64,000 nt of DNA from an uncultured Bdellovibrionales bacterium (GTDB lineage: Bacteria > Patescibacteriota > Minisyncoccia > Moranbacterales > UBA1568). The translations under genes and the position numbers were made by a program. Positions within the stretch are counted from its first letter, which is position 1. Every line of letters begins with the position of its first letter. Below are positions 30,177-40,605 of the stretch, piece after piece. The notes under the pieces were generated by a model, which worked only from the letters and a program-made list of their open reading frames with translations, made no database searches and was not told the origin of the DNA. The stretch is taken from the NCBI GenBank assembly GCA_964451495.1, contig CAYVHS010000005.1, positions 8,926 through 72,925 of the forward strand, in the 5' to 3' direction.

Positions 30177-31567
30177 TAAGGATTGAGAGAAATAATTTTC
30201 TTTACAAGCGCCCCCGCTATCGTCACCGTCGAAGTATCATTACTGAAGCCCGATGCACTCACTTCCACATCATACACTCCATCCACAAGCGCCGGGAGTG
30301 ATGTCGGGAAGTAGGCAAACCCGTATTGATCAGTAGTGATGGTCGCATCATAGCCGAGCGTCGTATTCGAAAGATGCACGGTTGCGCCCGGTAGTACCGA
30401 AGCATCAGTGTTGTCCTTGACGGTTATTTTCACTGACCCAATATTTTCACTGAGAAACCGTCCCACGATCTCTTTTGTCGTTCCGGGGCTTACCACAAAA
30501 TCGTCTATCGGGACGCCTTCGGGATCGAGCTTATAAAATTCATACTGGGCAGGATCGGTAAATGTCAGCGTATACGGGCCATAACTCTGATCATTCAACG
30601 TTATTTCTCCAGAAGCATCCGTTGCGTCGTCCTGTACCAATCCATACACTGTTTGCAAGGTTGGGTTAACCCCCATGATGCGTCCGCCCTCAATATGAAA
30701 ATCTACATTTGGGATATCTACTCCAAAGGCGTCTTTCGTCCGGAGGTGAATATCAGAAGACTGATCCATCACTATCGTTTTTTGATTGAGCACACCATTG
30801 ACCACGGAAGCATGTACATCAGTCGGACTATAAGCCGTCGTTGGATAAGGAGAAAGGGTGGTCGCGCCATAATAGCCACTCTTGGAAACCGTCAAATGAT
30901 ATACTTCTGTACCTGCTGGCGTTCCGACCAAGGTGATATTGCCATCAGAGCTCGTCGCAGTCGTCAAATTTACACCAGCAGCTGAATTTTCTACATGAAC
31001 CGTCGCTCCAGAAACGCCACCCCCTATCGAATCAAGAATATTTATAGAAAAAATACCTCCTCCGGCGGATGTCTCGATGCCCTTGGGTGAAAAATGTGCA
31101 TACGATGCCACGGATTGATCTGCTCCGCCACTACCCCACGATACGGTCAGTCGCACCTTTTTATAATCATTTGGTATCGCATCATTGGGACTACCACCCA
31201 ATGTCCCGTCAAATGTGTCATCGACATATTGAACAAAGGTATGGACATGATACAAAGTAGTATTGACTGAAATATCTTCGTCCTCCAAAATATCTCCCGG
31301 TGGAATACCATAAACCCAGGCGCTTCCATTCCAATGCTTTGTCCCAATAGTGCTGTACGCCACGCTCCTGATAACTTCCATTTTTTGATTAACAAGAGCT
31401 GTCGCACCCAGACGATTTTTGGACTCAATAATCATCCTCGTCCCTACGGTGTATGTCTGGAGAAAAACAACGGAAATCAAAGCAAAAATAAAAAGGACTA
31501 CCAAGGATTCAATCAAGGTAAATCCCTGCATCTGCTGGTGTTTTATTTTTTTCAATACAAACATTTT
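30176..31567 (-). CDS. Large type IV pilin (463 aa) with tandem carboxypeptidase-regulatory-like Ig domains
   Basis: Leader MFVLKKIKHQQMQG|FTLIESLVVLFIF is a canonical prepilin cleavage/methylation site; two beta-sandwich repeats (..GATVHVEN..DGNITL.., ..GATVHLSN..DQYGFAYF..). Confidence 0.7.
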   Translation of the reverse strand, partial: KMFVLKKIKHQQMQGFTLIESLVVLFIFALISVVFLQTYTVGTRMIIESKNRLGATALVNQKMEVIRSVAYSTIGTKHWNGSAWVYGIPPGDILEDEDISVNTTLYHVHTFVQYVDDTFDGTLGGSPNDAIPNDYKKVRLTVSWGSGGADQSVASYAHFSPKGIETSAGGGIFSINILDSIGGGVSGATVHVENSAAGVNLTTATSSDGNITLVGTPAGTEVYHLTVSKSGYYGATTLSPYPTTAYSPTDVHASVVNGVLNQKTIVMDQSSDIHLRTKDAFGVDIPNVDFHIEGGRIMGVNPTLQTVYGLVQDDATDASGEITLNDQSYGPYTLTFTDPAQYEFYKLDPEGVPIDDFVVSPGTTKEIVGRFLSENIGSVKITVKDNTDASVLPGATVHLSNTTLGYDATITTDQYGFAYFPTSLPALVDGVYDVEVSASGFSNDTSTVTIAGALVKKIISLNP

Positions 31568-32786
31568 ATTTGATATTCTCGAGTACGCTATACATCGGCT
31601 GGAGCATGGCCACCGCAAAAAACCCTACACCACCACCGATAAGCAACATAAGAATCGGTTCGATGATAGAAGACATGTTCTTGGTAATCTGCGAGACTTC
31701 TTCTTCATAAAACTCGGCGAGGCGTCGCAACATAAGCTCGGTCTTGCCCGTCTCCTCTCCTACCTCAATGATTTGCGGCAGCAAAATAGGAAAAATCGCT
31801 GGATATTTGGCAATCACCTTACTCAAATCAATGCCCTTCTGAATCTCTACAACAGCCTCGTTGAGAGCATCTTTGTAATAAACATTCGACAATGTTTTGG
31901 AAACAATCGTGAGAGCAGTCACTACAGGGATACCACTTTTCAGGAGCGAACTGTAGATACGAGCGAAACGGGCGCAGTTTACTTTGATGACAATATTTCC
32001 CACAATCGGCAAGTGGACAAACACAAGACTGAAAAATCTCTTACCCAGTGGTGTGCTAGCAAAAATTTTCACCCCGAGCGTCGAACCAACAGCAATAACA
32101 AGACTCAAAATCCAATGTGTAGATAAAAAGTTACTCATCGCCATAATCGCCTTTGTCGTGGCAGGCAATTCCACATCCATATCCTGAAAAGTACTCATCA
32201 TCTTTGGGAGGATATACGTGAGCATGAAAACAGCGATACCGACCATAGCCACGACAATAACCGCCGGATAAATCAGCGCTCCACGCACTTTGGAAAGAAG
32301 ATCGTTTTCCTTTTCGAGTTGAAGAGCCAGAATATCGAGCACCTCTTCGAGATTACCGCTGACCTCGCCGACGTATACCATATTCACAAAGAGCTCGTTG
32401 AAAACCACCGGGAACTTGGCTAGTCCCTCCGAAAGAGTCTTGCCACCCTGGAGATCATCGTACACACTTTCCAAAATGCCTTTAAATGTCTTATTGCGGG
32501 TCTGAAGACTCAGGTTATGGACCGCTCGTGAAACAGTCAAACCCGAAGAAACCATCACGGAGAGGTTGCGCATGAACGACATTTTCTCCTTGAGCGACAC
32601 CGTTTTGAATCGATCAAAAAACTTGACGTGCAAAGCCGATACCTCTTTCACTTCCTGGTGCGAAGTCAAAAGAGCACCCTCTGAACGGAGCTGCTGTGCC
32701 AATGATTTCTCATCCTTGGCTTCCATTTCGCCGCCAGAAGTCTCACCACTCGTGATATCTTTGGCGGTATATATGAATTTTGGCAT
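31566..32786 (-). CDS. pilC: Type IV pilus/T2SS platform protein (GspF/PilC family)
   Basis: 406 aa; two GspF repeats, three TM helices. Confidence 0.85.
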   Translation of the reverse strand: MPKFIYTAKDITSGETSGGEMEAKDEKSLAQQLRSEGALLTSHQEVKEVSALHVKFFDRFKTVSLKEKMSFMRNLSVMVSSGLTVSRAVHNLSLQTRNKTFKGILESVYDDLQGGKTLSEGLAKFPVVFNELFVNMVYVGEVSGNLEEVLDILALQLEKENDLLSKVRGALIYPAVIVVAMVGIAVFMLTYILPKMMSTFQDMDVELPATTKAIMAMSNFLSTHWILSLVIAVGSTLGVKIFASTPLGKRFFSLVFVHLPIVGNIVIKVNCARFARIYSSLLKSGIPVVTALTIVSKTLSNVYYKDALNEAVVEIQKGIDLSKVIAKYPAIFPILLPQIIEVGEETGKTELMLRRLAEFYEEEVSQITKNMSSIIEPILMLLIGGGVGFFAVAMLQPMYSVLENIK

Positions 32787-32797
32787 ACCTGATTAGT

Positions 32798-32917
32798 AGT
32801 TTTTTGACATGTTTCTTTTTCTGATGTCGAAAACTACCAAAATTTTATTCTTTCTGTTTATATTTGGCTACTCGTCTTACTTCGGATGTATTTTCATTTT
32901 CTGTAGTTATTATACCA
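32798..32917 (-). promoter_or_regulatory. pilC upstream region: extended -10 promoter (TGGTATAAT on the minus strand at 32909-32917) and a ~16-bp imperfect hairpin in the 5' UTR (32798-32845)
   Basis: TGnTATAAT read on the minus strand; stem GTAGTTTTTTGACATG / ATGTCGAAAACTAC. Confidence 0.4.
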
Positions 32918-32958
32918 CATTTTTTCTCTATGATTGTGCTCCTCTTCACAAATAAATC

Positions 32959-33909
32959 TTACACACCGAGACGCTCTTTGAATTTCTGAAATACACGTGG
33001 CCCTTGCGGACGAGGGAGGAATATAAGAGCTCGATCGTGAGCCTCTATCAGGCTTCCTTCTAGAGAACTTTTTGGATTGTGTCTGATCTTTTCTTTCTGC
33101 CAAGATGCGAGCCACTTCTCCAAATCAAACAGATTAAAAAAAGCTTCCAGACTCTCTCTGCTAAAACGGATCAAAGAATTTTCTGAGATTTCCCACAAAC
33201 TCGACATGAGTGTCACAGAAAAATTTGGCTTATAATCACGTATCCAAGCATTTTTCACTTCAAAGACCTGGAAAAGCTTGAAATTAAAAAGCGGGATAAG
33301 AAACCGATACTCATGCGCGGAGAAGAGGTCTTTTGTCCCAATTCTCAGATTATCATCCGTGATGAAATAATTAAGACAAGCACGATCCTCTACCTTGCTC
33401 CCGTGCCGCCGTTTGCCGATGAGATGGAGAAATCCCGTGATGAGCGTACGTCCGAGCCAGATTTTACCAGAACGCAATACAACAAACATATCCCAATCAC
33501 TTCCCTTGTCACCATGCTTCATCGCCAGGCTACCAGTTGCTCCCAACATGTGCACATAGGGCAAACAGGCCATCAATTTTGCGAGAGAACGCATCCGCCT
33601 TAACTTCCTCACGGAAAGTTTTTCTGCCTGTATCCGACTAGCAATCAGCGATTCTCGTCCCCGCAAAAAATAAAAGCCGTCTTTCTTGTCTATCTTTGGG
33701 GAGAAATGCTCTGATACGAGTAATCGCACCACATCTCCCAAACGAGAAGTCTGGCTCGATATATTTTCCTGATCACGATTATGCACAATCAAATGTTTCC
33801 ATATCTCAAAAGAGGTGAGTGGATAATTCAAAACATCATAGTATGTAACAGTAGCAAGAATGTTTTTCCCCAGTTGATAGGACATACGGGACAATGTATA
33901 AATTTTCAA
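32959..33909 (-). CDS. Hypothetical protein with a Pol-beta-like nucleotidyltransferase motif
   Basis: GATGSLAMKHGDKGSDWDMFVV matches GS-x9-DxD of the nucleotidyltransferase superfamily. Confidence 0.5.
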   Translation of the reverse strand: MKIYTLSRMSYQLGKNILATVTYYDVLNYPLTSFEIWKHLIVHNRDQENISSQTSRLGDVVRLLVSEHFSPKIDKKDGFYFLRGRESLIASRIQAEKLSVRKLRRMRSLAKLMACLPYVHMLGATGSLAMKHGDKGSDWDMFVVLRSGKIWLGRTLITGFLHLIGKRRHGSKVEDRACLNYFITDDNLRIGTKDLFSAHEYRFLIPLFNFKLFQVFEVKNAWIRDYKPNFSVTLMSSLWEISENSLIRFSRESLEAFFNLFDLEKWLASWQKEKIRHNPKSSLEGSLIEAHDRALIFLPRPQGPRVFQKFKERLGV

Positions 33910-33914
33910 TTTCT

Positions 33915-34005
33915 AATTTCTAAACAATTTCTAACGGTCAAATTCTAAAATTTTCAAATTGAGAAATTACATCATTGTTTGAAAATTGAGAACTAAAAAT
34001 TGAGA
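33915..34005. repeat. AT-rich block of short direct repeats (AATTGAGAA x3, ATTTCTAA x3-4) between uvrA and the upstream gene
   Basis: ...atttctaatttctaaacaatttctaa...caaattgagaaattac...gaaaattgagaactaaaaattgagaattc... Confidence 0.5.
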
Positions 34006-34008
34006 ATT

Positions 34009-36804
34009 CTACAAATATTTCGCGGTAAAACTTTTCTTGCAAGATTTGAGTTTTTCAGGTGTTCCAGAAAAAACGAGTTCACCACCCTTTTCGCCACCAT
34101 CCGGTCCCAGTTCAATCACCCAATCTGCTGAAGCAATAACATCCACATTGTGTTCAACGACCAGTACAGTGTTACCTTTATCTACCAACGCCTCAAGTAC
34201 CTCGAGCAAGCGACGGACATCTTCGAAATGAAGCCCTATCGTCGGCTCGTCCAGAATATAGAGCGTCTTGCCAGTCGATTTGCGAGCGAGCTCTGTAGCG
34301 AGTTTGATACGCTGTGCTTCGCCACCCGAGAGATTGGTCGCACTTTGCCCCAATACGAGATAGCCAAGACCTACCTCCTCAAGCACTCGGAGTTTCTCTT
34401 CAATTATCGGCTGATCGAGGAAAAAATGTCGTGCCTCGGTCACTGTCATACGGAGCACTTGTGCGATATTTGTCCCGCGATATTCGATTGAGAGAGTCTT
34501 AGCATTATAGCGTGTTCCCTGACAAACTTCACATGGTACATACACATCCGGCAAAAGATACATCTCTATCTTTTTCAGACCACCGCCCTGACAAGCTTCA
34601 CAACGACCACCACGCATATTGAAACTGAAGTGACTAGCTGAGAACTTCTCGCGTTTGGCCTCGGCTGTTTCTGCAAATAAATCCCGGATCATACTAAATA
34701 CTCCGGTATACGTCGCCGCATTAGAGCGAGGGGTGCGGCCGATAGGATCCTGATTGACAGAAATAACCTTGTCGATATTGCCCAATCCGTCTATTTTCTT
34801 GTGTCTGCCCGGCTCAGCCTTGGCATGATAAAAATATTTCGAAAGAGCTCGTGCCAAAATATCGTGCACCAAACTCGATTTCCCAGAACCGGATACTCCC
34901 GCTACCGCGACGAGCATGCCGAGAGGAATCTCTACATCGACATTTTTCAAATTGTGCTCTGTCGCCCCATGAATCGTGATGGCGTCTCCGGATCCTTTGC
35001 GACGCTTTGTTTTTTCAGATACCTCACGTTTACCCGAGAGGTACTGTCCTGTCAAAAGTTTCGAACGCATGAGTTTGTCTGGTGTGCCAGCAAAAATCAC
35101 TTCGCCGCCCTCGCTGCCCGCTCCTGGACCCATGTCTATGATATAGTCAGCTCGTCGCATAATCGCGACATCATGCTCTACGATAACCAACGAATTATTG
35201 GCTGTGCGCAAATCTTCTAGTGCATGGATGAGACGTTCAGTATCCCGATTATGCAGTCCTACGGATGGCTCATCGAGCACATAGATGATTCCAGAAAGCC
35301 CGGATTTCATCTGGACCGAGAGACGAATACGTTGTGCTTCGCCACCAGAAAGTGTGTCCGCGCTCCGGCACAACTCGAGATAGCCCAATCCGACTTTTTC
35401 TACGGCGCGCATGCGTGTTTCCATCTCACTAAAAAGCGGGGAAATGACACTTTTCTCTGCTGATTTTAACAGCTTGCCACAGAGTGGCTCAAGCACCTCC
35501 AAAAATTTTTCCACACTCAGCTCCACGAGCTCATGTATCGAATACTCTCCTACTTTTACCGCAAGCGATTCCGACTTCAGACGCTTTCCCTGGCAAAGAG
35601 GGCAAACACGCGTCAGCATATACGCCTCGATCTCCGCGCGCAAATGATCAGATTTCGTCTCTCGATATTTCCGCTCAAGCAAATGTATCACCCCTGGGAA
35701 AGCGTCTTCTTTACCCTCCTCACCAAATAAAACAATAGAAAGTTGTTTGCTAGAAAATTTCTTGACCGGGGTATCGAGAGAAAACTTGAGACGTTTCGCA
35801 AGATTACGCAGCATAACCATCGGCCCCTGCCCTGCCTGTCGGTCACCGTTCATCTTGCTCCACGGGCGGATCGCGCCTTCGGAAAGAGAGAGGTTCTTAT
35901 TTGGTATGACCAATTCCGGATCAAATTCGAGCGCTACACCCAGACCAGAACATTTCACACAGGCACCATCAGGATTATTGAAAGAGAAGTGGCTCGGAGT
36001 GAACGCTGGTAAAAAAACATCACACGCTTCACAACGATATTCTTCATTATAAATTTTTGTTTCACCGCTGCCATTAACACGAAGCAAGAGCGTCCCATGC
36101 CCTACATGAAATGCTGTTTGCAAAGAATCCAAGATACGCTCTTTATCCGGACGTGCGCGAGAAAGTACGAGTCGATCAATAACCACGAGCATATCCGAAT
36201 GTTCTGTGGCAGATGCTTCTGCTATCGCTTCGGCAACAGAAACTACTTCTCCTCGAAAACAAACGCGTACATACCCCCAAGCGCTTATGAGAGCAAGGGC
36301 CTCTTTTTCCGTTTTCAAGGCAAGCACAGAGCTCTCGGCGAGAAACACAAGTGGCGTCTCGTCAGGTAACTCGAGAATTTCATCTAAAATCTGCCGCACA
36401 CTTTTACGAGAAAGGACTTTGCCACACTGCGGGCAATGCGGTACGCCCAATTTGGCAAAAAGGACTCGCAGATAATCATACACTTCTGTCATGGTCCCCA
36501 CGGTCGATCGTGGACTGCGCGACACACTCTTCTGGTCGATAGAGATGGCCGGCGAGAGATTGCGGATAGCATCGACATCTGGTTTGTCGAAACCATCGAG
36601 GAAATTGCGTGCATACGAAGAAAGCGACTCAACATAACGCCGATTCGCTTCCGCAAAAAGAGTATCGAAAGCCAAGGATGATTTCCCTGATCCAGATAAC
36701 CCGGTAATGACCACAAGGGCATCACGCGGAATATCAACACTCACGTTCTTCAAATTATTGACTCGGGCACCTCGGATTTCAATCACTGAATTTTTCGCTG
36801 GCAT
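34009..36804 (-). CDS. uvrA: Excinuclease ABC subunit A (full-length, with UvrB-binding and insertion domains)
   Basis: Two ABC modules (GLSGSGKSS / [14 protein letters not shown] signatures); Zn modules CPQC...CEAC and CVKC...(~125 aa)...CPLC. Start at the ATG at 36804. Confidence 0.9.
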   Translation of the reverse strand: MPAKNSVIEIRGARVNNLKNVSVDIPRDALVVITGLSGSGKSSLAFDTLFAEANRRYVESLSSYARNFLDGFDKPDVDAIRNLSPAISIDQKSVSRSPRSTVGTMTEVYDYLRVLFAKLGVPHCPQCGKVLSRKSVRQILDEILELPDETPLVFLAESSVLALKTEKEALALISAWGYVRVCFRGEVVSVAEAIAEASATEHSDMLVVIDRLVLSRARPDKERILDSLQTAFHVGHGTLLLRVNGSGETKIYNEEYRCEACDVFLPAFTPSHFSFNNPDGACVKCSGLGVALEFDPELVIPNKNLSLSEGAIRPWSKMNGDRQAGQGPMVMLRNLAKRLKFSLDTPVKKFSSKQLSIVLFGEEGKEDAFPGVIHLLERKYRETKSDHLRAEIEAYMLTRVCPLCQGKRLKSESLAVKVGEYSIHELVELSVEKFLEVLEPLCGKLLKSAEKSVISPLFSEMETRMRAVEKVGLGYLELCRSADTLSGGEAQRIRLSVQMKSGLSGIIYVLDEPSVGLHNRDTERLIHALEDLRTANNSLVIVEHDVAIMRRADYIIDMGPGAGSEGGEVIFAGTPDKLMRSKLLTGQYLSGKREVSEKTKRRKGSGDAITIHGATEHNLKNVDVEIPLGMLVAVAGVSGSGKSSLVHDILARALSKYFYHAKAEPGRHKKIDGLGNIDKVISVNQDPIGRTPRSNAATYTGVFSMIRDLFAETAEAKREKFSASHFSFNMRGGRCEACQGGGLKKIEMYLLPDVYVPCEVCQGTRYNAKTLSIEYRGTNIAQVLRMTVTEARHFFLDQPIIEEKLRVLEEVGLGYLVLGQSATNLSGGEAQRIKLATELARKSTGKTLYILDEPTIGLHFEDVRRLLEVLEALVDKGNTVLVVEHNVDVIASADWVIELGPDGGEKGGELVFSGTPEKLKSCKKSFTAKYL

Positions 36805-37013
36805 AGAGCGTATGGCTGAGAGCAAAAAATGATACAATTGTTTCTCAGTATACTCGCTTTTCGCGCGACTGTAAAGACTGTGGATAAAGTCAAAATCCAA
36901 ATTTCAAATGCCAAATGAATCTCGCCTCCGCCAGTTGGCGGATGGCGGACTAAGCGCTAAGCCCTAAAAATCCGTTTTGGACATTTTTCACTTTTGATTT
37001 GACTTGATATTCG

Positions 37014-38315
37014 TCATTTGGTTTTTGGGCTTCTCCCGAGAAATTCTTTGCCACGGCGTTTGCGATGAAAGGTGACAGCGAAACGATGGGCCTCGCTATT
37101 GGCCAAAAGAATATTAGCGCGTACATGAGCGAACCCCGGTGGAAGATTGATGATGTCTTTGGGCTGATGACGAGCATCTTTCACGACACCCACCAGGAGA
37201 GGCTGTACTGTTTCTGTTTCTGCAAAAAGCCTTTCTGCTACGCCGAGCTGGAGAAACGATCCGTCCACGATGATAATATCAGGATTCCCCCACTCAGGAT
37301 GTTTCATTCGTCGCTGCATAATCTCTTCGAGCGCAGACAAATCGTTGCCGCCATGCTCGCCACGCAAGATGAATTTCTTGTATGATTCTTTTTCTGGCCT
37401 GCCATCTTGCATCACCACCATCACGCCGACACTCGCCCCGCCACCCAAGTGAGCGACGTCATACGCCTCCATCCGGATACCCTCTACGGCATGATTCCTT
37501 TCTCGCACGTCCTCTTTGATGAGTGCCATGTCCTGAATATGTTGCAAACCAAACAGCGTTCTTTTGATTTCTCCGGCTCGCTCAAACTCGAGCGCATGAG
37601 CAGCCGCTTTCATTTCATTCGTCAGCTGTTTTACCAAAACGCTTTTGCGTCCCTCGAAAAACAAACGGATATGATTGATCATGCGACCATACTCTCGTGC
37701 AGTCACTGCCCCCGTACACACCCCCGGACAGAGACCAATCTGCGCCGAGAAACAAGGCTTGGTCTTTAGCTGGCGCGCCTCGGGCACTGTCTCATACGGC
37801 ATACACGTATCACGAAACGGAAACAACTTGCGCACGATCTTTATCGCCTCACGCAGTCCTGAACCTGATGGGAACGGCCCAAATATATATTTCGTCGGTT
37901 CGATGAATTTTCCTTGTGCGATATCGCGACCGCGCACGATGAGTACTCGTGGAAATGTTTCTTGTGTAATAACAACATGATTGTAGCTCTTGTCATCTTT
38001 CTCATCGGTATTGTAATACGGCTGGTGTTCTTTGATGAGTTTCGATTCGAGGATGAGTGCTTCGAGCACCGAGTCCGTTTTCCGATGCGCGACGAAACAT
38101 ACCTTTTCGAGCATGAGAACAATTTTCGGGCCACGCGTCACAGAAATATCCTGGGCGAAATAGCTCTTCACCCGATCGCGGAGTGACGTCGCTTTACCGA
38201 TATAAAGTAACTTCTTTTCTTGATCCAAGAAGAAATATACTCCCGGGGTTTCCGGCAATACATTCTTTTTCTGAAACATCTTCAGAGGAATAACTTTTTC
38301 CCAGAGTTTCGACAT
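37014..38315 (-). CDS. uvrC: Compact UvrC-like excinuclease (GIY-YIG plus UvrC core; C-terminal HhH region absent)
   Basis: PGVYFFLDQEKKLLYIGKATSLRDRVKSYF (GIY-YIG), PDIIIVDGSFLQLG, AHRFAVTFHRKRR; 433 aa against ~600 aa for canonical UvrC. Confidence 0.7.
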   Translation of the reverse strand: MSKLWEKVIPLKMFQKKNVLPETPGVYFFLDQEKKLLYIGKATSLRDRVKSYFAQDISVTRGPKIVLMLEKVCFVAHRKTDSVLEALILESKLIKEHQPYYNTDEKDDKSYNHVVITQETFPRVLIVRGRDIAQGKFIEPTKYIFGPFPSGSGLREAIKIVRKLFPFRDTCMPYETVPEARQLKTKPCFSAQIGLCPGVCTGAVTAREYGRMINHIRLFFEGRKSVLVKQLTNEMKAAAHALEFERAGEIKRTLFGLQHIQDMALIKEDVRERNHAVEGIRMEAYDVAHLGGGASVGVMVVMQDGRPEKESYKKFILRGEHGGNDLSALEEIMQRRMKHPEWGNPDIIIVDGSFLQLGVAERLFAETETVQPLLVGVVKDARHQPKDIINLPPGFAHVRANILLANSEAHRFAVTFHRKRRGKEFLGRSPKTK

Positions 38316-38492
38316 ACCCAGTCAGTAAAGATTCGACAATGTAATAAGAATTGCGGTTTTAATAAAATTTTGCTCTTTCATGCCCAGTCAAGGCTTCACC
38401 ACCGGACATAAATTTCTTTCTTTCCTTTATTCAAGCACGTATCGGCTTCCTCTGGCAATACATTCGTTGCTATTGACTTTTTTGTATTTTAG

Positions 38493-38852
38493 GTGTATAA
38501 TATTAGAAAGTTAATTTTACAATCTACCACCAGGGAGGCACTCATGCCGGATGATTTTTTGAGTATTATGACAAAAGAAGTTGTCAAAAAAATGCGAGAG
38601 GCCAATGTTCCATTCCGTACGGCCTTTATGAACACAGCACACAAGCGGAATATATATCATCACAAAAATGCCAACCAATACAATTACTTCTTCGCTCAAA
38701 TTATCAAACGAGTGAAGCGAATTGCTGGCTTTGATCCGAAAAACCAGACATTGCCGCTCAAAGAAACAGCTTCACGCAAAATGATTGCGGAAAATGTCCC
38801 GCGAGCGATCGTTGACTATAAGCAGCTCGCTGCTCATGATCTCTTCAATTGA
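38493..38852 (+). CDS. Hypothetical protein (one of four plus-strand genes)
   Basis: 119-aa ORF, divergent from uvrC; basic; no recognised motif. Confidence 0.4.
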   Translation: MYNIRKLILQSTTREALMPDDFLSIMTKEVVKKMREANVPFRTAFMNTAHKRNIYHHKNANQYNYFFAQIIKRVKRIAGFDPKNQTLPLKETASRKMIAENVPRAIVDYKQLAAHDLFN

Positions 38853-38931
38853 TGGTCGCCCCCTCCGAAAAAACTGGTTTCCCCTGAAACCGCCCCGATG
38901 CCAACGCACAACCGTGCCTGGCATTTTTTTT

Positions 38932-38967
38932 AAAAAAAGAAGGCTTTGCGGAAATCTCCACAAAGCC
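38932..38967 (-). terminator. Rho-independent terminator of phoH2 (GGCTTTG-N12-CAAAGCC followed by T9 on the minus strand)
   Basis: 7-bp stem and a U-run immediately 3' of phoH2. Confidence 0.55.
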
Positions 38968-38989
38968 TCAGGGATTAAAACCCAAACAA

Positions 38990-40423
38990 CTACAGCACCT
39001 CAGCCGCAAAATCAGCCAGCCGTGAACGTTCACCACGCTGGAGCGTCACGTGTCCGCTGTGTGGCCAGCCCTTGAAACGATCGACAACATACGTCAACCC
39101 AGAACTGCCTTCAGTCAGATACGGCGTATCAATTTGCGCGATGTTACCCATACAGACCACTTTGGTACCGGGACCGGCACGAGTGATCAGCGTTTTCATC
39201 TGCTTGGATGTCAGATTCTGGGCTTCATCGATGATGAGAAACTTGTTGAGGAACGTCCGGCCACGCAGGAAATTGAGCGATTTGATCTTGATCCGATTGC
39301 GGATCAAATCATGCGTTGCTGCACGACCCCATTCACCGGCATCGACATCGGTCTTGTTGAGTACCTCGAGATTGTCTTCGAGGGCACCCATCCACGGCCC
39401 CATCTTTTCTTCTTCCGTACCCGGCAAAAAACCGATATCTTCCCCTACCGGCACCGTGACCCGAGTCATGATGATTTCAGAGTACCGCTTCAATTCAAGC
39501 ACTTGTGTCAAAGCAGCCGCCAACGTAAGAAGTGTCTTGCCCGTACCGGCCTGGCCGAGCAAACTGACAAAATCAATTTCCGGGTCCATGAGCAAATTGA
39601 GAGCGAAATTCTGCTCCCGATTACGCGCCAGAATACCCCACACTCCATGCTTCGAGTGCGTGTAATCAATCAATGTCTCGAACTGCACGGTCTTTCCATT
39701 TACTTCACGAACGATGGCATAGAGTGGCTGTTCCCCTTCCTGATAAATGAACTCGTTGACCAGCATCTTGGGACAGAGCGGGCCATGGACACGATAGAGC
39801 GTTTGGGCTTCGCGCTTCCAAGACTCCATACCTTCGCCATGTTTATCCCAGAAGTTTTCAGGCAATTCCATCGAACCAGTGTACAAAAGATCAGTGTCCT
39901 CCATCACCTTATCGTTGAAATAGTCTTGTGCTTCCAGTCCGAGAGCTCGGGCCTTGATACGCATATTGATATCCTTGGAGACCAATATAACGGCCCGTTT
40001 CGGAAACTGTCTCTGCAAATGTATGACAACGGCCAGGATCTGGTTGTCAGCTTTGGCCGTAGGCAAACTAACCGGTAGTTCACCCGGGATGGATTCCGTC
40101 TGAATGAACAACCGACCACGCGCTTGCTTGCGAGAAGGTCCATAAAGCGGAATACCACTTACGAGATCAGTATGACCATTGACGATTTCATCCAGAATCC
40201 GTGTCACTTGTCGTGCATTACGGGCTACCTCTGATAAGCCCGTCTTGTGATTATCGAGCTCTTCGAGTGTCATGATGGGGAGATAAACATCATGCTCCTC
40301 AAAACGATACGGGCTCGATGGGTCATGCAACAAGACATTGGTATCCAGGACAAACCACTTCTTTACCTTTGCTACTGGCTTTGCTTTGGTTGGGACTTTA
40401 GCAGCCACGATGTTCTCCTTCAC
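38990..40423 (-). CDS. PhoH-like ATPase with an N-terminal PIN domain (PhoH2/YlaK type)
   Basis: FVLDTNVLLHDP (PIN), GQAGTGKT (Walker A). The first codon is GTG; a second GTG at 40408 lies 6 nt after AAGGAG and is the more likely start. Confidence 0.8.
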   Translation of the reverse strand: MKENIVAAKVPTKAKPVAKVKKWFVLDTNVLLHDPSSPYRFEEHDVYLPIMTLEELDNHKTGLSEVARNARQVTRILDEIVNGHTDLVSGIPLYGPSRKQARGRLFIQTESIPGELPVSLPTAKADNQILAVVIHLQRQFPKRAVILVSKDINMRIKARALGLEAQDYFNDKVMEDTDLLYTGSMELPENFWDKHGEGMESWKREAQTLYRVHGPLCPKMLVNEFIYQEGEQPLYAIVREVNGKTVQFETLIDYTHSKHGVWGILARNREQNFALNLLMDPEIDFVSLLGQAGTGKTLLTLAAALTQVLELKRYSEIIMTRVTVPVGEDIGFLPGTEEEKMGPWMGALEDNLEVLNKTDVDAGEWGRAATHDLIRNRIKIKSLNFLRGRTFLNKFLIIDEAQNLTSKQMKTLITRAGPGTKVVCMGNIAQIDTPYLTEGSSGLTYVVDRFKGWPHSGHVTLQRGERSRLADFAAEVL

Positions 40424-40605
40424 GTTGAACTACAGAATGATTCAATTGTTAAAAGGACCGATTTTACGACGGCCCCACCTGCCCTTCTTATACTCCCTAC
40501 CAGGAGAAATGGCAAGAGTAAGCAATTATCCAGCAAAAATAGAGTCTCACTCCGTGGCCGAGAAACGAGGACGCTAAAATACGGCAATACACTCATGATA
40601 CTACG

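Noticed and set aside
39050-40078. 342-aa plus-strand ORF (and the overlapping 39072..39665)
   Set aside because: Antisense to the conserved phoH2 gene.
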